A DNA stretch of 64,000 nucleotides from Terriglobia bacterium (GTDB taxonomy: Bacteria > Acidobacteriota > Terriglobia > Terriglobales > Acidobacteriaceae): contig CAVXVR010000004.1 in assembly GCA_963765285.1 (NCBI GenBank), forward strand, positions 84,253 through 148,252, read 5' to 3'. Positions 26,841 through 35,653 of this stretch are shown in pieces. A model generated the notes under the pieces. That model ran no database searches. It was not told the origin of the DNA and saw nothing but the letters and a program-made list of their open reading frames with translations. Made by a program: the position numbers and the translations under genes. How positions within the stretch are numbered: position 1 is the first letter of the stretch; each line of letters starts with the position of its first letter.

Positions 26841-28043
26841 CTACTCCGTCGTCATAATAAACAGTGGCTTCATCTCGAAACTGTGATAGTGCGGCCGCAA
26901 GCGCTCGGTGTTGTAATTCTCCTTCACATTCACCACTTTCTTGGACGCAGTCACACAATCGATCGGCATATTGTCGTACCGGCCATTCTGCAGCACCACC
27001 AGCCGCCCGTGGACTTTGCTGAGCAACAGATCAAGCGCTAGATTCCCAAACGCCATCGGGGCGATCGAATCGATCGCATCGGGATCGCCGCAGCGCACCA
27101 GATACCCGAGCTTCTGGTTAATGCATTCGATGGTCTTGCCATTGTTGTACTTTGGAGAAAGCTCTTTCAGTTTTTCGGAGACCAGATCGCCGATCCCGCC
27201 GAGCTTCTTGTGTCCGAACGCGTCGGCCGCGCCCGACTCGTAAACCATTTCTCCACCTTCGAACATCGCGCCTTCAGAAATCAGGACAACCGAATAGTGG
27301 CTCGGGTTCTGCCGCCGGTCGGCCACCAGCAGCTCGGTCAACTTTTCAACGTTGAATTTGTACTCCGGAATCACACAGCGGTTGGCCGCACCCGCCATAG
27401 TGGGAAGCATGGCGGTAAATCCCGCGTAGCGGCCAAAGACCTCCAGCACTAGAAAACGTTCATGGGATCCGGCTGACGTGCGCAGGCTGTTGGTCAACTG
27501 GATGGTCCGCGTCACGCACGTGCTGAAGCCGATGCAATAGTCCGTGCCCGGCACGTCGTTGTCCATGGTCTTGGGGATTGCGACGACTTTGAACCCTTCC
27601 TGGTACAGGCGCACGCCATAGCTCAGCGTGTCATCGCCGCCGATGGGAATCAGAAAATCAACCCCCAGCCACGCCAGGTTCTTGAGCACCTCTGGAGTCA
27701 GGTCATTCTTGTCAGCACTGTAGGTGCCTTTAAGGTGCTCGGGCACGCTCGATTTCTTGACCTTGCTAGGGTTGGTCCGCGAGCTGTGCAGAAAAGTTCC
27801 GCCGGTGCGGCCGGCGCGGTTGACGACTTCCTCGTTTAACAGCTGGTAGTTGGCGCTGTTGTCGTAATCCTTTTCGCGCACCATGTCCACCAGCCCGCCC
27901 CAGCCGCGGCGAATCCCAATGACCTCGTACCCTTCCCGCATGGCGCGGATGGTCACAGCGCGAATCGCGGGGTTCAGGCCCGGCACGTCGCCGCCGCCGG
28001 TAAGAATTCCGATCACACCTTTTCGAGTATTAACATTTGCCAT
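26841..28043 (-). CDS. pfp: 6-phosphofructokinase, predicted pyrophosphate-dependent
   Basis: GILTGGGDVPGLN. IGGDDTLSY has Asp where ATP-PFKs have Gly104. PKTMDNDV has Lys where ATP-PFKs have Gly124. Confidence 0.8.
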   Translation of the reverse strand: MANVNTRKGVIGILTGGGDVPGLNPAIRAVTIRAMREGYEVIGIRRGWGGLVDMVREKDYDNSANYQLLNEEVVNRAGRTGGTFLHSSRTNPSKVKKSSVPEHLKGTYSADKNDLTPEVLKNLAWLGVDFLIPIGGDDTLSYGVRLYQEGFKVVAIPKTMDNDVPGTDYCIGFSTCVTRTIQLTNSLRTSAGSHERFLVLEVFGRYAGFTAMLPTMAGAANRCVIPEYKFNVEKLTELLVADRRQNPSHYSVVLISEGAMFEGGEMVYESGAADAFGHKKLGGIGDLVSEKLKELSPKYNNGKTIECINQKLGYLVRCGDPDAIDSIAPMAFGNLALDLLLSKVHGRLVVLQNGRYDNMPIDCVTASKKVVNVKENYNTERLRPHYHSFEMKPLFIMTTE

Positions 28044-28165
28044 AGGACGCCAGACTAGCCTCCGGACAGGAATTACCTGCGATAGATTGCACTGTGGATT
28101 CTCAAACAGTATAGCGTGAAGAACGCAAACGCTTCCTTTGGTTAGACGCTGATAATCTCATCGGC

Positions 28166-28222
28166 GTCATCCCGAGCAAGCCGTTCTTCAGGCGGAGCGC
28201 GGGATCTCGCGCAGATCGTCAC
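28166..28222 (+). repeat. GTCATCC-head repeat, diverged copy
   Basis: GTCATCCCGAGCAAGCCGTTCTTCAGGCGGAGCGCGGGATCTCGCGCAGATCG. Confidence 0.6.
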
Positions 28223-28270
28223 GCCGTTTTGGGGCGGAGAAACGACCAACGACCAACCGCCAACGACTGT

Positions 28271-29305
28271 CTACACGAACCGCACTTTCACATCGGGCTT
28301 CTTCGCCAGGTTGATGCTGTCAATGAACCGCACCTTCGCTGTGCGCAGCGTCATGATGACCGAAGACGTGCGCACGCCTTCGCCGAAAAAGCGTACGCCC
28401 TTCATCAGCGCTCCGTCAGTGACGCCGGTGGCAGCAAAGATGAGTTGTTCACCGGGGGCCAAATCCTCAGCTTTATAAATCTTTTTCTTGTCCTTAATTC
28501 CCATGCGGGCGATGCGCTCTTCGAGCTCAGGCTTGTTGATGACCAACCGCCCCAGCATAAATCCATTGAGACATCGAATGGCGGCCGCAGTAATCACGCC
28601 TTCCGGCGCGCCACCCGATCCCATGACCGCGTGTACGCCGGTGCCGATCACCGCCGCAGCAATGCCGGCGGAAAGATCACCGTCGCCGATGAGACGAATG
28701 CGCGCCCCGGCGGCTCGAATGTCGGCGATCAACTTCTCATGCCGTGGACGGTCGAGCACGATCACTACCAGGTCCTCCACGGTCCGCGACATGCGTTTGG
28801 CAATGCTCTTAAGGTTGTCGGCCACAGGCGCGTCCAGATCAACCGCATCCTTACACGAAGGGCCGACGACGATTTTCTCCATGTAGCAGTCGGGCGCGTG
28901 CAACAAGCCTCCGCGCTCGGAGGCCGCGAGCACCGTGATGGCCCCCGGCGCACCCGTGGCGCAAAGATTCGTGCCTTCGAGTGGGTCGACGGCGATGTCG
29001 ATCTCCGGAACCTCAGTGCCATCGGGAAACTCAGCGCCGACCTGCTCACCGATATAAAGCATGGGAGCTTCGTCGCGCTCGCCCTCGCCGATGACGATGG
29101 TGCCGCGCATGGGGATATTGTCCATGGTTTTGCGCATGGCCTCTGTGGCTACCTTGTCGGAAAGCGGGCGATCGCCCTGGCCCATGGTGTGAGCGGAGGC
29201 AATGGCGGCAGTCTCCACCACGCGCAGAAATCGTGAGGCCAGATCGCTCTCAATATTTTCGCCGAAGGTGCGGGCCTTACTTCCGCGGCGCGGGTTGGTT
29301 GACAT
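28271..29305 (-). CDS. glpX: class II fructose-1,6-bisphosphatase
   Basis: [48 protein letters not shown] 29305 has GGAGG 5 nt upstream; the tracked start 29335 is less likely. Confidence 0.9.
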   Translation of the reverse strand: MSTNPRRGSKARTFGENIESDLASRFLRVVETAAIASAHTMGQGDRPLSDKVATEAMRKTMDNIPMRGTIVIGEGERDEAPMLYIGEQVGAEFPDGTEVPEIDIAVDPLEGTNLCATGAPGAITVLAASERGGLLHAPDCYMEKIVVGPSCKDAVDLDAPVADNLKSIAKRMSRTVEDLVVIVLDRPRHEKLIADIRAAGARIRLIGDGDLSAGIAAAVIGTGVHAVMGSGGAPEGVITAAAIRCLNGFMLGRLVINKPELEERIARMGIKDKKKIYKAEDLAPGEQLIFAATGVTDGALMKGVRFFGEGVRTSSVIMTLRTAKVRFIDSINLAKKPDVKVRFV

Positions 29306-29378
29306 GACGGCCTCCGTGATGGAACGAGCGGCCACAAACTATACCGCCAACCAGCGGGGAGGGGAAGGGCTGGTAGCT

Positions 29379-29422
29379 TCTCAGCTCGTGAGCTCTCAGC
29401 CTTCAGCCGTCAGTCGTCAGCA
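29379..29422. repeat. degenerate 7-nt periodic repeat (YKTCAGC x about 6)
   Basis: CTCAGCT CGTGAGC TCTCAGC CTTCAGC CGTCAGT CGTCAGC. Related to the perfect array at 62483-62524. Confidence 0.6.
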
Positions 29423-29831
29423 AAAAGATTCCCCTCGCAAAACGGCGGTGTGTTCCGGCCGGAACGTTGTCAATATCTATGTGTACGTACCAGTATGTAG
29501 TAAGCCGCTGGAATCGTTGGATTTGTCACGAAAGTTCCGTTTCGGCAAGGACGAGATCAGCCGCCCATCGAAGGCGCGAACGGTGGGCCCGCGTGTGCTC
29601 AGCGGTTGGGCTAGTGTCAGAAGCCACGGTTACGCATTGCCCATGTCAGCGCCGAAAGCAGGGCGAACCTGGGGCACCGGGCATGAGGTTACCAAAGTCA
29701 GACTTGCACCATCCAAACCTGCAAGCGACAATGGAGTGACCGTCAGACAAGGAACCCAATGGCCGTAGCCAAGCTAAAGCGTCAGAAAGAAGATCGGCTG
29801 GATGAACTGGCCGAACGCTTCGCAACTGACA

Positions 29832-30131
29832 TCAGCAAACGTGCCGCCAAAATGACTCCCGAGAGGCGGGCGCAGGCCGATTCTGAAACGAAGAAGATTG
29901 CTGCTCGCGTGCAGCGTCGTACTCGGTGAGTGCGGTTTCGATCTCCTCCTTGGAATAATCCCAACTCTTCAGAAGTGGCCGCAGATCTTCCCGCGTCCCG
30001 CGCCGAAATATGAGCAGCACAGCGTCCCGTCTTTCTGCCCTTTCGTTGATCGCGGCGGTGTTGATCGGCTGCTTTCTGCCTCGGCCGCGCTCTTCGCGGA
30101 TTACGTCGTTCAGATCGTCGCGTTTCTTCAC
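29832..30131 (-). CDS. hypothetical small charged protein downstream of gcdH
   Basis: GTG start 28 nt after the gcdH stop with GGGAG upstream. VKKRDDLNDVIREERGRGRK...SWDYSKEEIETALTEYDAARE looks protein-like. The last ~20 codons look non-native and overlap a convergent small ORF. Confidence 0.4.
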   Translation of the reverse strand: MKKRDDLNDVIREERGRGRKQPINTAAINERAERRDAVLLIFRRGTREDLRPLLKSWDYSKEEIETALTEYDAAREQQSSSFQNRPAPASRESFWRHVC

Positions 30132-30159
30132 ACGACTCCCGTCTGCTGACTGAATACAT

Positions 30160-31341
30160 CTAGAACGCGTCGATCCCCGTTACGCTCTGGCCGATGATCA
30201 GGGTGTGGATGTCGTGGGTGCCTTCGTAGGTCTTCACCGATTCCAAGTTCATCATGTGACGCATGATGGGATAGTCGTCGGCTACGCCGTTCGCGCCCAA
30301 AATATCGCGCGACAGGCGGGCGCATTCCAGGGCCATCCAGACGTTGTTGCGCTTCGCCATGGAGATGTGCTGGGCTCCGGCCTTGCCGGCATCTTTCAGG
30401 CGGCCGACTTGTAAGACCAGCAATTGCGCTTTGGTAATTTCGCTGATCATCCAGGTTAGCTTTTCCTGCACCAACTGGTGTGACGCGATGGGTTGGTCGT
30501 GGAACTGTTTGCGGAGAAGGGAATACTGCAGCGCGCAGTCGTAGCATGCCATGGCTGCGCCCAGAGCTCCCCAGGCGATCCCGTAGCGGGCTTGATTGAG
30601 GCACATCAACGGAGATTTCAAGCCTCCCGTGCCGGGTAGAAGATTGGATTCGGGTATGTGGACATCTTGCAAAGAAAGTCCTGAGGTTACCGAGGCGCGC
30701 AGCGACCACTTGCCGTGGATGTCTTCGGCGCTGAATCCAGGACGATCGGTCTCGACCAGGAAGCCGCGAATCTGGTTGTTTTCGTCCTCCACTTTGGCCC
30801 AGACTACGGCTACGTCTGCGATGGTGCCGGAAGTGATCCACATCTTTTCGCCGTTGAGGACGTATTCCTTCCCGATCTTTTTTGCTCGTGTGCGCATGCC
30901 GCTGGGGTTGGAGCCGAAGTCAGGTTCGGTGAGGCCGAAGCAGCCCAGCTTTTCGCCTTTCTGCATGGCGGGAAGCCAGGTTTGTTTTTGGTCTTCACTG
31001 CCGAAGGTGAAAATGGGATACATCACGAGGGCTGACTGCACGCTGACGAAGCTGCGCACGCCGGAATCGCCGCGTTCCATCTCCTGCATCACCAGGCCGT
31101 ATTCCACGTTCGACATGCCGGCACAGCCGTAGCCCTTGAGCGATGCTCCGAAGAAACCCAGCTCGGCCATAGGTTTTACCAATTCGCGAGGAAAGCGGCC
31201 CGCGCGGTTGCAGTCTTCGATGATGGGGACGAGGTTGTCTTCGATGAACTTGCGCGACGTGTCGCGGACCAGGCGTTCGTCGTCGCTGAGCAGAGCGTCG
31301 AAGCCGAGGAAGTCAACTCCGCGGAACTTTATGGCGGACAT
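30160..31341 (-). CDS. gcdH: glutaryl-CoA dehydrogenase-type acyl-CoA dehydrogenase
   Basis: LGCFGLTEPDFGSNPSGMRTRA, WITSG and the C-terminal YEGTHDIHTLIIG. Start trimmed to ATG 31341; the upstream 75 codons are read-through of a repeat. Confidence 0.85.
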   Translation of the reverse strand: MSAIKFRGVDFLGFDALLSDDERLVRDTSRKFIEDNLVPIIEDCNRAGRFPRELVKPMAELGFFGASLKGYGCAGMSNVEYGLVMQEMERGDSGVRSFVSVQSALVMYPIFTFGSEDQKQTWLPAMQKGEKLGCFGLTEPDFGSNPSGMRTRAKKIGKEYVLNGEKMWITSGTIADVAVVWAKVEDENNQIRGFLVETDRPGFSAEDIHGKWSLRASVTSGLSLQDVHIPESNLLPGTGGLKSPLMCLNQARYGIAWGALGAAMACYDCALQYSLLRKQFHDQPIASHQLVQEKLTWMISEITKAQLLVLQVGRLKDAGKAGAQHISMAKRNNVWMALECARLSRDILGANGVADDYPIMRHMMNLESVKTYEGTHDIHTLIIGQSVTGIDAF

Positions 31342-31443
31342 GATGCGTCTCGATTCTGTTTCTTCGCCGCGGACCGGCGGATGGAGGAAACGTTTGAAGG
31401 TAACAAAGGGTGGGAGGGGCGTCAATTCAAACGAGTGTAAGGG

Positions 31444-31499
31444 TCCCGCGCGGGATCTCTCGCCCCGCTGGAGAAAGCGCGGGGCTTCGAGATGACGCC
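31444..31499 (-). repeat. GTCATCC-head hairpin repeat, reverse-orientation copy
   Basis: The reverse complement reads GTCATCTCGAAGCCCCGCGCTTTCTCCAGCGGGGCGAGAGATCCCGCGCGGGACC. Confidence 0.85.
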
Positions 31500-31602
31500 T
31501 CGGAGAAGAATGAAGAAAGTGGGTAGAAAAAGGGGTAGCGGGGGCGGCCGCTACCCGGTTTTTCATTCAACCCAACGCGCGCCCTTCGACCGGCGTTCGC
31601 GT

Positions 31603-33933
31603 TTAGTGAATGGTCACTTTAGGCCCGCCCGATCGGGCCTGCATGCCAGGGGCAAACAAGTCGCCGGCATTCGGGATGCAATATCCCGAAGACTTGGAGA
31701 AGCCCCTGGCACCTACTGCCGGGAAGTTGAAGATGATGTCGTCCGCCTTGCCGTAGTAGTTGAGGTCGGTCGAGAGATTGCCATCAACCACGTTGAGAGA
31801 CGGATGATCGAAGGGAGCGGCGTCGCACTGAACCCTTGGATCGGTAAGAGACATGAGGAAGCGAACCATCGCGGCCACGTCGTCGGTTTGGTCGCTGACG
31901 CCCTGAGCTACGCAAACCGCGAGCGGGGCGCTGCCGATGGGAGCATCGCAGTCACTCAGTCCCAGCGGACGGATGACCCCGGTGACGTTGGTGTTGCAAT
32001 CGGGTTGCGTGCCCGCAACCAGACTCGCGTAGGGTGTGTCGCCGTCCGGGCCGGAACCGGAGTCGTCGCCGGAAGAGCAGGACGTGCCGTGGGCATCGAA
32101 CCCGCCGAGGCCGTGGTCAAGTACGTTTCGCCGGCTGAGACCGCGGTTGTAGAGAACCATCACCTGGCGCAGGTTCGCATAACCGCCCCAACTGAAGTAC
32201 GGCGGCGTCAATGCCACGTTGCGCAGCGAGGGAATCTTGCTCGATCCGTCGACTTCCAGTTTGAGGAAGGGGAGGGTTACTCCCGTTTTGTTGGCGGCAA
32301 CGGCCTGCTGAAGGAATGGATCGAGCAGGAAGGAGGGATCGTTGCCATGAGCCAGATAGGCCTTGTACTGCCGGCCATAGGACAACGGGTTGTTGTACGC
32401 GTCTACGCGGCCGCTCTGCAGGTCGGTAAATGCGGGACGGATCCCGATGTTAGCGAATCCGTTATCCCGCAGATCGACGTGATTGTTGATGTCGGTCACG
32501 GTGATAAAAGGTGGGAAGGGAACTCCCGCGGTGGTGGTTGCCTCAGAGAAGGTCGGAGCACCGTGGCAGAACAGACAACCCACGCCGAAACTGCTAAACA
32601 ACTGGCAACCGCGAGCCAGCAAGGGATCGACCGTACTGTCAGCGGCGCAGCCCCCTGGTCCGCGAGGGATGGTGATGTGACCTTTCGCGAGTAAGGTGTC
32701 GTACTCACTTTGGTTGGAAATCAGGCTGGCTTCATACAGCATGATGGAAATTCCCCAGAACATGGAGAAGTTGGTTTCCATCTGGGAGTAGCCGGTGCCG
32801 TCGTAGATGAGAGATCCGTTGACGATTCGATAGGCGGATTTTGCCGACCACCATCTGGGATCGAATGCCTTCTTAATCAGCGCCGCGTAGCTGTATTGCG
32901 GCCTTAGACCGTTGCCCGCGGGATTCGCGAGAGAGGCCAGGACACTATCGGTATTGGAAACCTTCTGCAGGGCGAGCGGAGAGGTAGAAAGCAGTTTCCG
33001 GCCGACGTCGGCGAAGGTTCTTCCGTTGCAGGACATTTCGACCGCGTTGGTGGGAGGTCCCATCGCCTGCGAAGCCAGGGCGCCATTCTCCAACGTCAGA
33101 TAGGTCAACGTGGGACTGTAGGAACCATCCAGCATGATCAGGCGGGCGTTGGGATTCGCATTGATGTCGCGCATGCCGAAGACGCCCACACCGTTGTAGG
33201 TATTGTTGGCCCGACCGTCCCAGAAAAGGCGGTTGAAAAGTCCGGAGTTGACTACGGTCGGCGTATTGCGCGGTTCCACCTGCCGGGAAGCGAAATTGTT
33301 TACATGGAAAACGCTGCCATCGTAGTTCTTGCAGGAGTCTTCCTGTCCCATGACGCGGACAAAGTTGAAAGTAGCGTCGACGACTCCCTGGGAGGAAATG
33401 CGATCGTTGGTGGTGGTGATGATCGGCGAATCGCGGACGGTCTCGTCGGAGAGCAGGTGCATGGGAAAGTCGTCCGGTTGCAGAACGTAGTTGGGGCCGG
33501 CCTGGTGGTAGGAGGGCATGAATCCCGGCAACACACCGCCGATGTCGGAGAGGACGGAGCCGAATTGCGTGTCCCCGCCCACGCTGATTTCACCACCGGG
33601 TGTGACGCCGACCGTCAAATCGTTAAAGCCCGGATTGAGCTGGTTCTTCAAGCGGGTGTCGGCGCCCGCGTGGAAATGGCAGCTGGCGCAAGCGTTACCG
33701 TCGCTGCCCGCTTGCTGATCCCAGAACAGGGCTTTGCCCAGGGCGATGGCCCATTTGGTGCCGCCGGGGTTGATAATGCCACCGCCTTCAGCAATCTCGG
33801 AGGGCAATGGCGGCGTGAGCGAAGTTTGAGCCAGAGCCAATCCGGACAGGAGCAAGCAGAACAAGACAGCGGCGGCCCTTTGGCACACCGCGAAGACACA
33901 AGATTGTTTTGTAACCCCCAAGCGCAAATACAT
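31603..33933 (-). CDS. large secreted di-haem cytochrome c peroxidase / MauG-family protein
   Basis: Signal peptide, first haem motif CASCHFHAG after ALGKALFWDQQ, second haem motif CLFCHGAPTFSE. 776 aa, about twice the length of a classical CcpA. Confidence 0.75.
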   Translation of the reverse strand: MYLRLGVTKQSCVFAVCQRAAAVLFCLLLSGLALAQTSLTPPLPSEIAEGGGIINPGGTKWAIALGKALFWDQQAGSDGNACASCHFHAGADTRLKNQLNPGFNDLTVGVTPGGEISVGGDTQFGSVLSDIGGVLPGFMPSYHQAGPNYVLQPDDFPMHLLSDETVRDSPIITTTNDRISSQGVVDATFNFVRVMGQEDSCKNYDGSVFHVNNFASRQVEPRNTPTVVNSGLFNRLFWDGRANNTYNGVGVFGMRDINANPNARLIMLDGSYSPTLTYLTLENGALASQAMGPPTNAVEMSCNGRTFADVGRKLLSTSPLALQKVSNTDSVLASLANPAGNGLRPQYSYAALIKKAFDPRWWSAKSAYRIVNGSLIYDGTGYSQMETNFSMFWGISIMLYEASLISNQSEYDTLLAKGHITIPRGPGGCAADSTVDPLLARGCQLFSSFGVGCLFCHGAPTFSEATTTAGVPFPPFITVTDINNHVDLRDNGFANIGIRPAFTDLQSGRVDAYNNPLSYGRQYKAYLAHGNDPSFLLDPFLQQAVAANKTGVTLPFLKLEVDGSSKIPSLRNVALTPPYFSWGGYANLRQVMVLYNRGLSRRNVLDHGLGGFDAHGTSCSSGDDSGSGPDGDTPYASLVAGTQPDCNTNVTGVIRPLGLSDCDAPIGSAPLAVCVAQGVSDQTDDVAAMVRFLMSLTDPRVQCDAAPFDHPSLNVVDGNLSTDLNYYGKADDIIFNFPAVGARGFSKSSGYCIPNAGDLFAPGMQARSGGPKVTIH

Positions 33934-34638
33934 CGCCTTCCTCCTAAAGTTGGCGTCCCCTCAACTGAAGCGCGCCTGCGGCGCACTCCTTTGCTTGCAG
34001 GCATTTGAGCAATGCGCGTCGTCCGCAACCTGCAACGGACGGCGCGATCCCACAACAAGTCGCCGCAGCGCAACGCTCGCCGCGGCATTGAATTCCACGC
34101 GAAAGCTTCGGGGGATCAGGCTCTCTCCGGCGGATACCGGGACGTTCAGGCACGCTGTGGCTTCGGGGGACGCACTACGGAACCGAAGGCCCAGGCAAGA
34201 AAACGCAAGGACTCGCGGCTCGCTGCTCCGTCGTGCATTGGCCAGGCAGCAGCCTTTGGCGGGGAATCTTTATCCGGGTAGGATCGATTGTCAAGAGGGA
34301 TAATTCTTGCGGCGAAAACTGATGAGGGTTGCGGGCTCTCCTAAGTGGTTAAGGCAGAGATGTTTATCCCACTGGGATGGAACTGCGGTAGGGGTGCGAG
34401 ACTAATCCAAACGATGCAGTCCTTCCGCAGCTGAACTATGTGGCGGTGCAAGGTCGGCCTTTAGTTTTAAGACCTGACCAATTCTTGACAATTTTTTTGC
34501 AAATATTTCCAGCAAGTCGGGCCGACGGCATCTAAACTCGTAGTCGAAATGCAGTCAAATTGCTCGCAGAATCGGACTCGAGATTGTATTCCCAAGGGTG
34601 CCCGGAAGCTTGGGCCGAACAAGGGCGTGCGAAGAGTC

Positions 34639-35463
34639 ATGGCAATTTGTGGATGGGTGCTTATCCTGGGTTCGAGGATGTTCGCAGCAGATGTTCCAGT
34701 GGTGCGTGCTTCCCTGGAACAGGGTTTTCATATGATGTACGCTCTGGACTTTGCGGGTGCGCACCAGGAGTTTGTTTCCTGGGAGCAAGAGCACCCGGAA
34801 GATCCGATGGGGCCGACCGGCGAGGCCGCCGGCCTCTTGTTCTCGGAGTTTCACCGGTTGGGAGTTTTGGAAGGGCAGTTTTTCGAAGACGACAAGACCT
34901 TCGGCTCCCGCAAGAAACTGGATCCCGATCCCGCAGTGCGCGATCTTTTCAGCTCGGCTGTCGACCGTGCGGAGAACGTCGCCAAGGCACGTCTGGCCAA
35001 AGATGCCAAGAATCGCGACGCGTTATTTGCCATGACCCTGGCTTCGGGTCTGCGAGCTGATTACGCGGCGTTGGTGGAAAAACACAATCTGGCTTCTCTG
35101 CATTACACCAAGCAGGCTAACGATTGGGCAGCGCAATTACTGGCGGTGGATCCGGACTGCTACGATGCCCATCTGGCGACCGGGGTCAACAATTACATCG
35201 TCGGCAGCATGTCGGCGCCAGTCCGGTGGTTTCTGCGCTTGGATGGGGTGGGCGGCGACAAGAAGGAAGGGATCGCGCAGTTGCAGATGACGGCGGAGCA
35301 TGGACATTTTCTGGCGCCATTTGCCCGCATCATGCTGGCCATAGCCTTCGTGCGGGAGAAGGAGCGTGCCAAAGCGCGCCAGTTACTGGATTCTCTGCGC
35401 GAAGAATTTCCTTCGAACCCACTTTTCGCACAGGAAATTGCCCGCCTCGACGCCGGCCACTGA
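34639..35463 (+). CDS. secreted hypothetical helical-repeat protein
   Basis: MAICGWVLILGSRMFA signal-like start. The rest is alpha-helical and TPR-like in composition. No family recognised. Confidence 0.45.
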   Translation: MAICGWVLILGSRMFAADVPVVRASLEQGFHMMYALDFAGAHQEFVSWEQEHPEDPMGPTGEAAGLLFSEFHRLGVLEGQFFEDDKTFGSRKKLDPDPAVRDLFSSAVDRAENVAKARLAKDAKNRDALFAMTLASGLRADYAALVEKHNLASLHYTKQANDWAAQLLAVDPDCYDAHLATGVNNYIVGSMSAPVRWFLRLDGVGGDKKEGIAQLQMTAEHGHFLAPFARIMLAIAFVREKERAKARQLLDSLREEFPSNPLFAQEIARLDAGH

Positions 35464-35580
35464 ACGCCAATCCTATTGCGCAGCTTTGATTGTGGGTTTT
35501 GACTCCCACATCGCTCCGCGATGCCTGTCGCGTTTCTGCTCCCTTAGTTCCAAGCCGCTTTCATCGGAAATTCATTCTTT

Positions 35581-35598
35581 TGTAACAGTTCTTTAACA
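35581..35598 (+). promoter_or_regulatory. Pho-box-like direct repeat upstream of pstS
   Basis: TGTAACA-gttc-TTTAACA: two 7-nt half-sites with 11-nt periodicity, 55 nt upstream of the pstS start. Confidence 0.55.
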
Positions 35599-35653
35599 AT
35601 TGGGCCGTAGAACTTAGACAGTCTACACCTATCTACTACAAGGAGGCGATCGC

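Noticed and set aside
28229-29236. Long antisense ORFs inside well-supported genes. Examples: 28229-29236 opposite glpX, 2737-3855 opposite GT2, 5687-6403 opposite hoxF, 7636-8700 opposite hoxH, 31492-32694 opposite the peroxidase, 58110-58916 opposite the GGDEF-EAL gene and 61578-62306 opposite UbiD.
   Set aside because: All lie opposite genes with strong family motifs, lack motifs of their own and have Arg/Gly/Ala-biased composition. This is the expected stop-codon-poor antisense frame effect in high-GC DNA.
34319-34326. CTGATGAG, the conserved hammerhead-ribozyme core heptamer plus G
   Set aside because: GAAA lies immediately 5' of it rather than after a stem II hairpin. No stems I, II or III can be drawn around it, so this is a chance match.
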